From: Bacteroidaceae bacterium
GTDB lineage: Bacteria > Bacteroidota > Bacteroidia > Bacteroidales > Bacteroidaceae
Assembly: GCA_045576655.1 (NCBI GenBank)
Contig: JAZNGW010000028.1
Coordinates: 35,885 to 99,884 of the forward strand
Direction: 5' to 3'
DNA: 64,000 nucleotides
Below are positions 42,868 to 52,400 of this stretch, in pieces. The stretch's first letter is position 1; each line of letters begins with the position of its first letter. The translations under genes were made by a program, and so were the position numbers. The notes beneath the pieces are model-generated. The model made no database searches. It was given only the letters and a program-made list of their open reading frames with translations, and had not been told where the DNA came from.

Positions 42868-43746
42868 ATGAAACAAAACATCGACGACCTTCATATTTTG
42901 ACGCTCCACGCAGGATATGCCGAGCACTACGGCGACTGGAACTGGAAAAACGTCAGAAGTCCATTTGCCAGACTATATTACGTGACGGAAGGTACGGCGC
43001 AGGTTATTATACACAAAACGGAAACTAACGACTCGGAAACAGTTGTACTGAAGCCTAACCACATGTACCTGATTCCACCATTCACGCTCCACAGCAACGT
43101 ATGCGACGGAAACTTCAAGCACTACTACATTCACGTGATTGAAAACACATCCGACCGCTTCCACTATCTCTCCGAATTCGTCTTTCCGAGAGAAATACCG
43201 TCTGAAGATGTGTCCGACCTCACCCTGTTCCAAACACTGGCAAAAATCAACCGCATACTGACGCTATCGGAAAGCGACCCCGAATCGTACAATAACGACA
43301 AGTTGCTCAAGCAAAATGTCGTCCTGGGCAAGCAGCGTCCACTGTGCGACAAAGTAGAATCGAGAGGCATACTTTACATTCTTTTGTCCAGATTCCTCAA
43401 GTTAGCCAAGCCTGCGAAGACCGTAAAGGACGAGCGCATCATCCGAGTCATCGAATACATGAACGCCAACATCGCCAGAACTACCAACATCGAGGAGCTG
43501 GCACAATGCGCAAACCTGTCGAAAGACCATTTCATACGCAGATTCCGCAAAGAGACAGGCACCACACCGCTGACCTACTTCACTGCACGAAAAATCGAAG
43601 TTGCCGAATCCATGCTCATTGCCACAGACTTGCCGATAAAAAGCATTGCCGACAAACTGGGATTTGAAGACACTTCATACTTCTACCGGTTGTTCAAGAA
43701 GCACGTAGGCAAATCGCCTAAGAAGTATCGCGAAAGTTCCTACTAA
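42868..43746 (+). CDS. AraC-family transcriptional regulator (cupin-like sensor + dual HTH)
   Basis: N-terminal 'LTLHAGYAEHYGDWNWKN...RLYYVTEG' cupin-type domain. C-terminal 'IEELAQCANLSKDHFIRRFRKETGTTPLTYF...GFEDTSYFYRLFKK'. Confidence 0.85.
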   Translation: MKQNIDDLHILTLHAGYAEHYGDWNWKNVRSPFARLYYVTEGTAQVIIHKTETNDSETVVLKPNHMYLIPPFTLHSNVCDGNFKHYYIHVIENTSDRFHYLSEFVFPREIPSEDVSDLTLFQTLAKINRILTLSESDPESYNNDKLLKQNVVLGKQRPLCDKVESRGILYILLSRFLKLAKPAKTVKDERIIRVIEYMNANIARTTNIEELAQCANLSKDHFIRRFRKETGTTPLTYFTARKIEVAESMLIATDLPIKSIADKLGFEDTSYFYRLFKKHVGKSPKKYRESSY

Positions 43747-43809
43747 GCTCTGCACAACTTACCGTGGCTAAATCTCATACCAATCACACTAACAATTCAA
43801 ATAAACACT

Positions 43810-44745
43810 ATGATATACAACGAAATAGGAAAAACAGGAATGAAGGTGTCAAACCTATCGTTCGGAGCGTCCTCATTAGGAGGAGTATTCCATAGCATCA
43901 AGGAAAACGATGGCATCGACGCCGTTATTACCGCTGTGGAGAACGGCATCAACTTCATTGACGTGTCGCCCTACTATGGGCATCTCAAGGCGGAGACCGT
44001 GCTGGGCAAGGCGCTTAAGCTTATTCCTCGCGACAAATACTACCTATCGACAAAGGTGGGGCGCTACGGCAAGGACGGTGTGAACTACTGGGACTACTCG
44101 GCAAAGCGTGCGACCGAAAGCGTATACGAAAGCATGGAGCGCCTCAATGTGGACTACATCGACCTGATTAACGTTCACGACATCGAATTTACCGACCTCC
44201 AGAAAGTGGCTGAAGAGACGTTGCCTGCACTTGTCGAACTCAAGAAGAAAGGCATTGTCGGTCATGTAGGCATAACTGACCTTCAGCCCGAAAATCTGAA
44301 ATGGGTGATTGAGCATTCTGAAGAAGGTACGGTGGAGAGCGTTCTCAACTTCTGCCACTATTGCCTTAACGATGAGCTCCTGGTTGACTTCCTCGACTTC
44401 TTTGAAGAGCGTGGCATCGGAGTTATCAACGCCTCGCCACTCTCTATGGGACTCTTGTCCGAACGCGGTGCGCCAGATTGGCACCCTGCTCCTGAAGCGT
44501 TGAAAGGGGCTTGCACTCGTGCCGCCCAATACTGCAAGGAGAAGGGCTACCCTATCGAGAAACTTGCCGTGCAGTACTCCACAAACCTCAACCCTCGCAT
44601 CGCTACGACTCTATTTAGCAGTGCAAATCCTCAAAACGTACTGAAGAACATACAGTTCGTGAACGAGCCTATGGATGAGCAACTCGTGAAAGAGGTTAAG
44701 GCTATCATCGGCGACCAGATGGGAGCAAGATGGAAAAACAGTTAA
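43810..44745 (+). CDS. Aldo/keto reductase, candidate L-galactose (or L-fucose) 1-dehydrogenase
   Basis: AKR pattern 'GFGASSLGGVF...INFIDVSPYYG...LSTKVGR...'. Function assigned from operon context with a cog3618-type lactonase and a Zn-ADH. Confidence 0.65.
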   Translation: MIYNEIGKTGMKVSNLSFGASSLGGVFHSIKENDGIDAVITAVENGINFIDVSPYYGHLKAETVLGKALKLIPRDKYYLSTKVGRYGKDGVNYWDYSAKRATESVYESMERLNVDYIDLINVHDIEFTDLQKVAEETLPALVELKKKGIVGHVGITDLQPENLKWVIEHSEEGTVESVLNFCHYCLNDELLVDFLDFFEERGIGVINASPLSMGLLSERGAPDWHPAPEALKGACTRAAQYCKEKGYPIEKLAVQYSTNLNPRIATTLFSSANPQNVLKNIQFVNEPMDEQLVKEVKAIIGDQMGARWKNS

Positions 44746-44777
44746 TTCACCACCAACCACATCAACTTTCCCCAAAT

Positions 44778-45692
44778 ATGATTATAGACGCTCATGCCCA
44801 CCTGTGGCTCAAACAGGACACCGTGGTGGACGGCATGCCCATCCGCACTCTCGAAAACGGCCGCTCGCTCTTCATGGGCGAGGTGCGCCAGATGGTGCCT
44901 CCGTTCATGATTGACGGAGTGAACAGCGCCGAGGTTTTCCTTTCCAACATGGACTACGCCCAAGTGTCGGCGGCTGTCATCACCCAGGAATTCATCGACG
45001 GCATTCAGAACGACTATCTCATGGAGGTGCAGGAGAAATACCCCAATCGCTTCCTCGTATGCGGCATGTGCGAATTTCGCCAGCCCAACTTCCTCAACCA
45101 CGCTAAGCAATTGCTCGACAGCGGACTGCGCGCAATCAAGATTCCGGCGCAACGCCTGCTGCTCAAGGAAGGCAGGGTTAGCCTCGTCAGCGATGAGATG
45201 ATGCAGATGTTCCACCTCATGGAAGAGCGTGGAGCTATCCTCTCCATCGACCTTGCCGACGGCGATCTGCAAGTGGGCGAAATGGAGGAAATCATCAAGG
45301 AATGCCCGCGTCTGAAGATTGCCATAGGCCACTTCGGCATGGTAACTCGCGAGGGTTGGCAGGAGCAAATCAAATTGGCTCGCCACGAGAACGTAATGAT
45401 TGAGTCGGGCGGAATAACATGGCTCTTCAACGACGAGTTCTACCCGTTCCACGGTGCAGTGCGCGCCATCAAAGAAGCCGCCGACATAGCCGGTATGGAC
45501 AAACTGATGTGGGGGTCGGACTACCCGCGCACCATAACCGCCATAACCTACCGTATGTCGTACGACTTCGTGAGCAAGAGCAAGGAACTCACTCAGGAGG
45601 AAAAGGCCTTGTTCCTCGGCAAGAACGCAGAGCGTTTCTACGGATTCACCGACCTCGTCGAACTGCCTTACATAAAGAACATGTCAGAATAA
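44778..45692 (+). CDS. Amidohydrolase-2 (cog3618-type) sugar-lactonase candidate
   Basis: 'MIIDAHAHLW' metal-binding HxH at the N-terminus and 'MWGSDYPR' near the C-terminus. An alternative start at 44730 would overlap the AKR gene by 16 nt. Confidence 0.7.
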   Translation: MIIDAHAHLWLKQDTVVDGMPIRTLENGRSLFMGEVRQMVPPFMIDGVNSAEVFLSNMDYAQVSAAVITQEFIDGIQNDYLMEVQEKYPNRFLVCGMCEFRQPNFLNHAKQLLDSGLRAIKIPAQRLLLKEGRVSLVSDEMMQMFHLMEERGAILSIDLADGDLQVGEMEEIIKECPRLKIAIGHFGMVTREGWQEQIKLARHENVMIESGGITWLFNDEFYPFHGAVRAIKEAADIAGMDKLMWGSDYPRTITAITYRMSYDFVSKSKELTQEEKALFLGKNAERFYGFTDLVELPYIKNMSE

Positions 45693-45710
45693 ACGACAAA
45701 ATCAAGCATC

Positions 45711-46730
45711 ATGAAAGCTATACAGATAAACGAACCTGCCAGCATGCAGGTCATCGAAATGGAGAAACCGCAAGCGCCAGCAGCAGGTGAAGTGCTTCTA
45801 CGAATGGAATACGTAGGATTCTGCGGTTCCGACCTCAACACCTACCTCGGCAAGAACCCTATGGTGAAGATGCCCGTAATACCAGGCCACGAAGTTGGTG
45901 CAGTAATCGAGGCTGTAGGAGCCGACGTGCCCGAGACTCTCAAGCCAGGCATGGTAGTGACCGTAAACCCTTACACAAACTGCGGCAAATGCGCATCTTG
46001 CCGCAACGGACGCGTCAACGCTTGCGAGCATAACGAAACCCTCGGAGTGCAGCGCAACGGTTCTATGCGCGAGTTCCTCACTCTCCCGTGGCAGAAAATC
46101 ATCCCTGCCGACGGACTCGATTCGCGCACTTGCGCCCTCATCGAACCTATGAGCGTAGGCTTCCACGCAGTTGACAGAGGAGAGGTGACCGACATCGACA
46201 CCGTCCTGGTCATCGGTTGCGGAATGGTAGGACTCGGTGCAGTAGTGCGTGCAGCTCTCCGCGGAGCCACCGTCATCGCTGCCGACATTGACGACGAGAA
46301 ACTCGCCCTGGCAAAAGAACTCGGCGCTACGCACACCATCAACTCCATGACTGAAGACATCCACGCACGTCTCAGCGAAATAACCTCAGGCTTCGGTCCC
46401 GACGTCATTGTCGAAGCTGTAGGCAGCGCAAGAACTTACCAGACCGCCATCGAGGAAGTAGCCTTCACGGGGCGCGTAATCTTCATCGGATATGCCAAAA
46501 CGGCTGTAGAATTCCAGACCAAACTCTTCGTACAGAAAGAACTCGACATACGCGGTTCACGCAACGCCACTCCGTCCGACTTCCGTGCTGTCATCAATTA
46601 CCTGAAGAGAGGCTACTGCCCTACCGACCGCCTCATCAGCCGAGTTGCCAATGCAGAAGACGCCCACACAGCCATGAAAGAATGGGCTGACGCACCGGGC
46701 AAGGTGTTCCGCATTCTCATCAAGATGTAA
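45711..46730 (+). CDS. Zinc-dependent medium-chain dehydrogenase, candidate L-galactonate 5-dehydrogenase
   Basis: 'GFCGSDL', 'GHEVGAVIEAVG', a 'CGKCASCRNG' structural-Zn loop and a 'VIGCGMVGLG' Rossmann motif. Confidence 0.7.
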   Translation: MKAIQINEPASMQVIEMEKPQAPAAGEVLLRMEYVGFCGSDLNTYLGKNPMVKMPVIPGHEVGAVIEAVGADVPETLKPGMVVTVNPYTNCGKCASCRNGRVNACEHNETLGVQRNGSMREFLTLPWQKIIPADGLDSRTCALIEPMSVGFHAVDRGEVTDIDTVLVIGCGMVGLGAVVRAALRGATVIAADIDDEKLALAKELGATHTINSMTEDIHARLSEITSGFGPDVIVEAVGSARTYQTAIEEVAFTGRVIFIGYAKTAVEFQTKLFVQKELDIRGSRNATPSDFRAVINYLKRGYCPTDRLISRVANAEDAHTAMKEWADAPGKVFRILIKM

Positions 46731-46748
46731 TGTTCTGCAACCTCTACA

Positions 46749-46767
46749 GGGCGGGCAGCCCCCGCCC
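46749..46767. repeat. GC-rich hairpin word GGGCGGG-cagcc-CCCGCCC
   Basis: Perfect 7-bp G/C stem between the ADH stop and the mutarotase start, followed by TTAACTCC word repeats (46775..46800). Confidence 0.6.
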
Positions 46768-46806
46768 CTACAACTTAACTCCCTAACTCCTTAACTCCTT
46801 TACCCC

Positions 46807-47184
46807 ATGTCCTGCTATCCAAGAAAAGAATACGACCAGCCCGTAAAGCGCTATTGCCAAACCCTTGAACTAAAGAACGACAAGGCTCTTATCGAAAAAT
46901 ACATCAAGGCACACGACCAATACCACCATTGGCCTGAGGTCCGCCAAGGCATAAAGGCAGTAGGAATACTCGAAATGGAGATTTACATCTACGAAAACAA
47001 ACTCTTCATGATTGTCGAGACTCCTGAAGACTTCGAGTGGGACAAGGCGTTTGCCCAACTCGCCACTATGCCGCGCCAAGCTGAATGGGAAGACTTCGTA
47101 TCCGTGTTCCAGCAGTGTGAAGAGGGTAGCACATCCAACGAGAAGTGGCACCTCATGGACCGCATTTTCCACCTCTACGAATAA
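46807..47184 (+). CDS. L-rhamnose-mutarotase-family (RhaM-like) sugar mutarotase
   Basis: 125 aa. 'KRYCQTLELKNDKALIEKYIKAHDQ..WPEV...GILEMEIY...LFMIVETPEDF' fits the RhaM/ferredoxin-like mutarotase fold family. Confidence 0.7.
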   Translation: MSCYPRKEYDQPVKRYCQTLELKNDKALIEKYIKAHDQYHHWPEVRQGIKAVGILEMEIYIYENKLFMIVETPEDFEWDKAFAQLATMPRQAEWEDFVSVFQQCEEGSTSNEKWHLMDRIFHLYE

Positions 47185-47219
47185 GAAAAATCTTCTTATC
47201 TGCCTGCAAACTCCGAATT

Positions 47220-47303
47220 CAGTCTAAGTCCGTATAAACTCAGTCTAAGTTTATACAGATTCAGACTAAGTTTGTGTAAACTCAGTCTAAGTTTAGAGTT
47301 TTG
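47220..47303 (+). repeat. Array of four exactly 21-bp-phased units, copy D
   Basis: Units start at 47220, 47241, 47262 and 47283: CAGTCTAAGTCCGTATAAACT / CAGTCTAAGTTTATACAGATT / CAGACTAAGTTTGTGTAAACT / CAGTCTAAGTTTAGAGTTTTG. Confidence 0.9.
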
Positions 47304-47400
47304 ACCGACCTATTACCAAGATTTTCTCGGACAAAACACATATTTTATGCTAAAAACTGCTATTTTTGCTACAAACACACTTTAAAACCAACCTTAAACG

Positions 47401-48213
47401 ATGAAAGTGAAGCATTTACTATTAGCAGTACTGTGCCTCATCACAGCAAGTGTCAGCGCACAGGAGAGCAGAACAGAAGAATTGTGGATCAAGAACGGCA
47501 GCCGCAACATCTACGGAGTGCTGAACCGTCCGCAGACAAGCGAGAAGAAACAGCCCGTAGCCATCATTGCCCACGGATTTAACGGCACACACCATTTCGG
47601 GAAGAACTATTTCAAACTGTTCAACGAACTCGGCTACCAATGCTACACGTTCGACTTCCCTTGCGGATCGGTCAACAGCCGCAGCGACAGCAACACCATG
47701 GAGATGTCAATCCTCGACGAGCAGAGCGCTCTCGAAGCCATCATTGACCATTTCAAGAAACAGCCCGATGTTGACCCTTCAGGCATAGTGCTCATCGGCG
47801 AGAGCCAAGGCGGACTCGTCTCGGCCCTTACGGCTGCAGGACGCTGCAGGGACGTCAGCAAACTGGTGCTGGTCTACCCTGCCTTGTGCATACCCGACAA
47901 CTGGAACTCCCGCTATCCGCGGGTGGAGGACATCCCCGACACTACGCGCCTGTGGAACGTGCCTATGGGGCGCCGCTTCTTCACCGAAGTGCGCGAACTG
48001 GAGGTGTTCAGTAAAATCAAGAAATTCAAGAATCCCGTCCTTATCGTCCAGGGCGACAAGGACAACATCGTATCGATGGATGACTCCCGCCGTGCCGTCA
48101 GCATCTACAAGGATGCCCGCCTGCATGTCATCCCTGGAGCTGGACACGGTTTCCGTCCTGACGAGTTCGGCCAGTCGATAGAGCAAATCCGAAAATTCCT
48201 TACAGGGGAATAA
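47401..48213 (+). CDS. Secreted alpha/beta-fold serine hydrolase (esterase)
   Basis: Signal peptide. Nucleophile elbow 'GESQGG', 'VQGDKDNIV' Asp and 'GAGHGF' His. Confidence 0.7.
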   Translation: MKVKHLLLAVLCLITASVSAQESRTEELWIKNGSRNIYGVLNRPQTSEKKQPVAIIAHGFNGTHHFGKNYFKLFNELGYQCYTFDFPCGSVNSRSDSNTMEMSILDEQSALEAIIDHFKKQPDVDPSGIVLIGESQGGLVSALTAAGRCRDVSKLVLVYPALCIPDNWNSRYPRVEDIPDTTRLWNVPMGRRFFTEVRELEVFSKIKKFKNPVLIVQGDKDNIVSMDDSRRAVSIYKDARLHVIPGAGHGFRPDEFGQSIEQIRKFLTGE

Positions 48214-48416
48214 TCACACGAATTGCGGAGAAATCCGCAATGAAGGTTCTGACGAAGAAAAAAAAGGGTACGTCCCTGACAAGCCGTGGCTTGCTGGGGA
48301 CGCTTATATATGCCCGAAGGGGAAGGAGGAGGATGGCGAGGCTACCTTCTTCTGCAATGCGGAGCGGTTGTGACGCTTGTTTGCTTCAGCAGGTGGGCGC
48401 AAGGACAACAATCTGC

Positions 48417-49304
48417 CTATTTGCCTGAAAGAAATCGGATTATCTGATTAGGCTGCACATTTTTCATCACTACCGTATGTTTGCTGTCAAGCAAATAAAT
48501 CACTGGCAGTCCTTTTATTTCGTATAGCTGCTTGTTATAAATTGCCGTCTTTTCATCACAGGCATCTATCCACCCTTTTGGGGCAGTCGATTTTTCCCAT
48601 CCCTTAGTTTTTCCCTCCACGCAAACCGACAGAACGGCAAGCTTGCCTTTATCAACCATATTCTTTATTACCAGTGAATTGGCAAGTTCCTCCTTCGCAT
48701 CCACGCAGACGCTACAATCTGGATCGCCAAGCAGGAGCAACACATATTCTCCTCCGCGGACATCCCATAATTTGCCTGCAACTCCGTCGCGGCGCAAATA
48801 TGCAAAGTTGGCAGCCTTAGTGCCTAAACGGTTTTTCTTCGCCATCTTAAGGTCGAACTTATATTCCTCTTTGTCCAATGCAGGCAGTTCCTTGCACGCT
48901 ACGATTTTCTCAAGCAGCAGCAAATACAATGCCTCATCATAGACTGGAGAAAGCGGTTCGGAAAGGTACTTCTCTGCCAATGCCATGAAATAGGCCGTCA
49001 TCTTCTGGTTTGACGCTATACGGGAAACGAAAATCTCAAAGGCCTCCTCACGCTGTGTGACATAAGGCATGATACTTATAAAGTTGGAGAATCCCTGTTC
49101 CGATATGTCCTTATTACCAATGAGGTCATTGTTAGAAAAATCATACAAGTCCCAATAATGCTGGGCCAGATAGTTAGCCCTTGCCTCCGGAGTATTGAGG
49201 GCCGAAGGAACCTGCGGAAGAGGGAACGAGGCTTTTTGCGCCTGAAGCATAACAGACGCTGACATCACAAGAAGAAGCGTGATTGCGAAACGGGAAAATC
49301 TCAT
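48417..49304 (-). CDS. DUF5106-type N-terminal domain fused to a thioredoxin-like (TlpA/AhpC-like) domain
   Basis: Signal peptide. C-terminal half has 'LLLLGDPDCSVCVDAKEEL' with a CxxC motif in the thioredoxin-fold position. Confidence 0.5.
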   Translation of the reverse strand: MRFSRFAITLLLVMSASVMLQAQKASFPLPQVPSALNTPEARANYLAQHYWDLYDFSNNDLIGNKDISEQGFSNFISIMPYVTQREEAFEIFVSRIASNQKMTAYFMALAEKYLSEPLSPVYDEALYLLLLEKIVACKELPALDKEEYKFDLKMAKKNRLGTKAANFAYLRRDGVAGKLWDVRGGEYVLLLLGDPDCSVCVDAKEELANSLVIKNMVDKGKLAVLSVCVEGKTKGWEKSTAPKGWIDACDEKTAIYNKQLYEIKGLPVIYLLDSKHTVVMKNVQPNQIIRFLSGK

Positions 49305-49362
49305 ATACTAATATTTTGCTTTGCAATATTACAAAAAAAGCGCAACATTCAGTTCCTCTGGC

Positions 49363-49399
49363 AGAAAAAACATCCGGCCCGCCTCAGAGGCAAAGCCGG
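49363..49399 (-). terminator. Probable terminator at the end of the pilus operon
   Basis: Minus strand: TCCGGC ... GCCGGA stem followed by TGTTTTTTCTG. Confidence 0.45.
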
Positions 49400-49430
49400 A
49401 CGTTAAAGGTATCATGTACTCACAGGAGTA

Positions 49431-52400
49431 TCAAATCGCCACATTCAGAACCACGTTAGGCGAATTGAAAAGTTCGTCCAGACTACCGATCTTGCAATCG
49501 TAGTCGACGTCACCAATGTTAAAGTTAAACTCGATCTCGTCCATAGTCCAATTGAACTCATATTCAGAGCGGAGGTTAAGGCTGTATTTGCCTCCTTCAG
49601 CAATTTCTATAGAACCGATGCGCACACCGTCCTTAGTGCGGGCAAATGCTACAAACGCATCCTCTGGCACATCACGAAGCGAGCCTCCATCGTTGTACTG
49701 AATCGTGCCTGTGATTTTTTTGTTACGCAATCTGAACACCTTATCGTAGAATATGACCTTCTCTTTATTTGAACTAATCTTAATATCGCCAGCAGTAGTT
49801 ACCCTATTCGTCTTAAAAGGAAGCGTCTTGCGCTCACCTGCTTGGCTTGAGGCTGAATTGTCCTTTAGCAGCGCCTCACCTGTGCCGAAATTGCGCTCCG
49901 CATCACGCGTAGGCTCCACTTTATAGACAAAACGGCCCTTGACAGAAGGATGAGCAAACAGTTTGTCGCCCGTAAGGTTGAAAGCAGCGAGGCGGCTCTC
50001 GTCAATAGTGAGCATAGGCGCATCAATATAGATTTCAAACGACTCGCCAAACGGATCCACGCAAGCGCCATCAGAACCCTCAAAGCTTGTGACGTCGAAA
50101 GAAATGTCCACATTCTGGTTTGGTAGATAAGTTAGTTCGATGTTACTAACGGTCTCCTCATTCTGCCCCGTTGTATTCTCTCCCAGACCATTCACACGTG
50201 CTGCAAAACGGAACGGACGGTAAGTTGCCAGTTCAAAAATCATTGAGCGATAGGAGTTGCCTGTGTAGTTCGCCCCAGAATTAGATGGAAGAATCGAAGG
50301 GTTCATTGAAGCATTAGAAGCAATACGCACGACATCATCACTTATCGGGCGATTAGTCTTAAGGTGCAGAGCATAATGGCCTGTATTGGCAGGAGTTGGA
50401 TTCTTAGGCATAAACATTACCATTCGTCCATTGCTGGAAGTCTTCCAATAGCTTTCATCCACCTCGTAATAGTCGCATTCGTGCGAAAGTCCACCAGGTA
50501 TAGGTTCATGGTCTTCGTAATGATCCAGTGATTTAGAGAAAAGCAGGAATTCATCATTTACACCTACATTTATCGGAGTTGCGGGATCTGTAGAGTTGTC
50601 CATCATCACCATATTAAAATCAACATGAGCATAGCGCTTTTTAGGCACAAGTTTGTAATAAACCACTTCATCATCAGCATAAGTATCTCCGACGGTTCCG
50701 CCATAATACTTATTAAGTCCAGAAACGGTTATTGCCTTTTGGTAACCCGAAAACTCAAACTCTTTTTCCAATGTTTCAAAATGGTTTGCCTCAAGCCATA
50801 CGCTTTCCTTATCACCATCTTCATGAGTCAGGATGTTTTCGAAATAGATTCTATGGACACCTGGACCCTCCACAATATATTCATATTTGTAGTCATGGTT
50901 TGCATAATCTGCACCAAACCACTCGTCATCGCCCTTGCGTATTACAGGCAGTTGCATGCCTGAAGCAGAACGCACATCAAGACTATTCACCGTAACCAAG
51001 ACTGGGAATGGATAAAGTACGTCCGGACACTCCTCCGGTACAGTAAATTTCACTGTAACAAACTGGCCGGTTGCACCACCATAGACTTGAGTACCCACCC
51101 ATGCAGGAGTAAAGACCTGCGTCTTAATTACATTAACCTCAACGGTCCTCTGAAGACGCCCCTTCTTGATCAGCAGCGTACCTGTCTGGATGTCCTTCGC
51201 CATTGGATTCAGCTTAATAGTTACGCATCCCTCTCCAACATTCCCGTTAATTGCGAACTCATGATTTACGAAATTATGCTGCGCCACATCGTTTTCTCCA
51301 AGCCATACCACGCTGGCCATATCCGCAGAAGTCAAAGAGCCGTTCTTACGAGTTATTGTATAATATACCTTATAGTCGGAACCGGCTTCATTTGCATCAA
51401 GAACAATACCAGTCTCTTTAACCTCCAACTTGTAAGTTGCATCCTCTACCGCCTTAACCCAGCTATCAATGCTGATCCATACGTTGTTGGTAAACGGAGC
51501 TTCCATTGCATCCTGGAAAGTATCACTGCCATGAGTGAGTTTACCTGAAATATTGAGGACATATGAATGGTTACGCTTTATCATCAATTGCTCTCCGTCT
51601 GCATCAACGATAGCCACACGGAAATACTTTTCCTGAGTCTCACCCTGAGGAACACCGCGTATAATAACACTTACAGGATTATCAACCGTATTTTCATGCT
51701 CAAATATATAATCCTCCTCCTTAGTGTTGACATCTTCAATATCACTCATCATAACAGTGTTATTAGGAAGAGTTATGTAAGGATTTGTTCCTGGCCATTC
51801 GAAACCTTCCTCATTGGAGTACGGCGCCACAGTTCCAAAGGCGTGGATGTTTGTCGTCACGAAACCTGTAACCTCTATATAAGGTGTGTTCCAGTCTGCA
51901 ATTGAAACTTTCGCCTGATTACGTACCAGAACAATGCCATTAGGCAAATCGGCCAACTCCTCTTTTAATTTAGCCCCATTATCACTTGCCTCAAAACGCG
52001 CCCAATACACCATCATGCCCGAAGCGCCCTCCATGTCGGCAATAACCGAAGCCTCTGACTTGTTGATGAAATCTTTGTTGTCATAAAGAGCTGAGTTCTG
52101 GTTAGCCACAAAGTGTACGATTTTCGTTTCTTCCGGCACCACAGCCTCAAATGTACCCGTCGTTGCCGTAGTCTTAGTCAGTGTAGCCTCCACTGTCGTA
52201 ACAAACAGCCCGTACGGATTGAAGCAGAACAAAGTCATATTGTGGACGTCATAACCGTCGGGGTCAACGCCGCGCACCTTAACCACTTCCATCTCTTGGA
52301 TGTCAGTTTCGAAACTCAATTTCACAAAACCCTCCGGAGCGTCGCCCTGCTCAGGTGACATGTACAAGTCGTCATCCGCACACGACGCAAGTCCCATAAT

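Noticed and set aside
47207-47304. Possible CRISPR array, considered because of regularly spaced repeats. The same question applies to 5950..6033 and 38069..38152.
   Set aside because: The units are contiguous 21-mers with no unique spacers. There are only four units, and there are no cas genes or leader. This is not a CRISPR array.
48240-48428. 62-aa ORF between the convergent esterase and thioredoxin-like genes.
   Set aside because: It is Arg/Gly/Leu-rich, overlaps the 3' end of the minus-strand gene and has no motif. It more likely sits over 3' UTR or terminator DNA (hairpin ATTGCGGA-gaaa-TCCGCAAT at 48221..48240).
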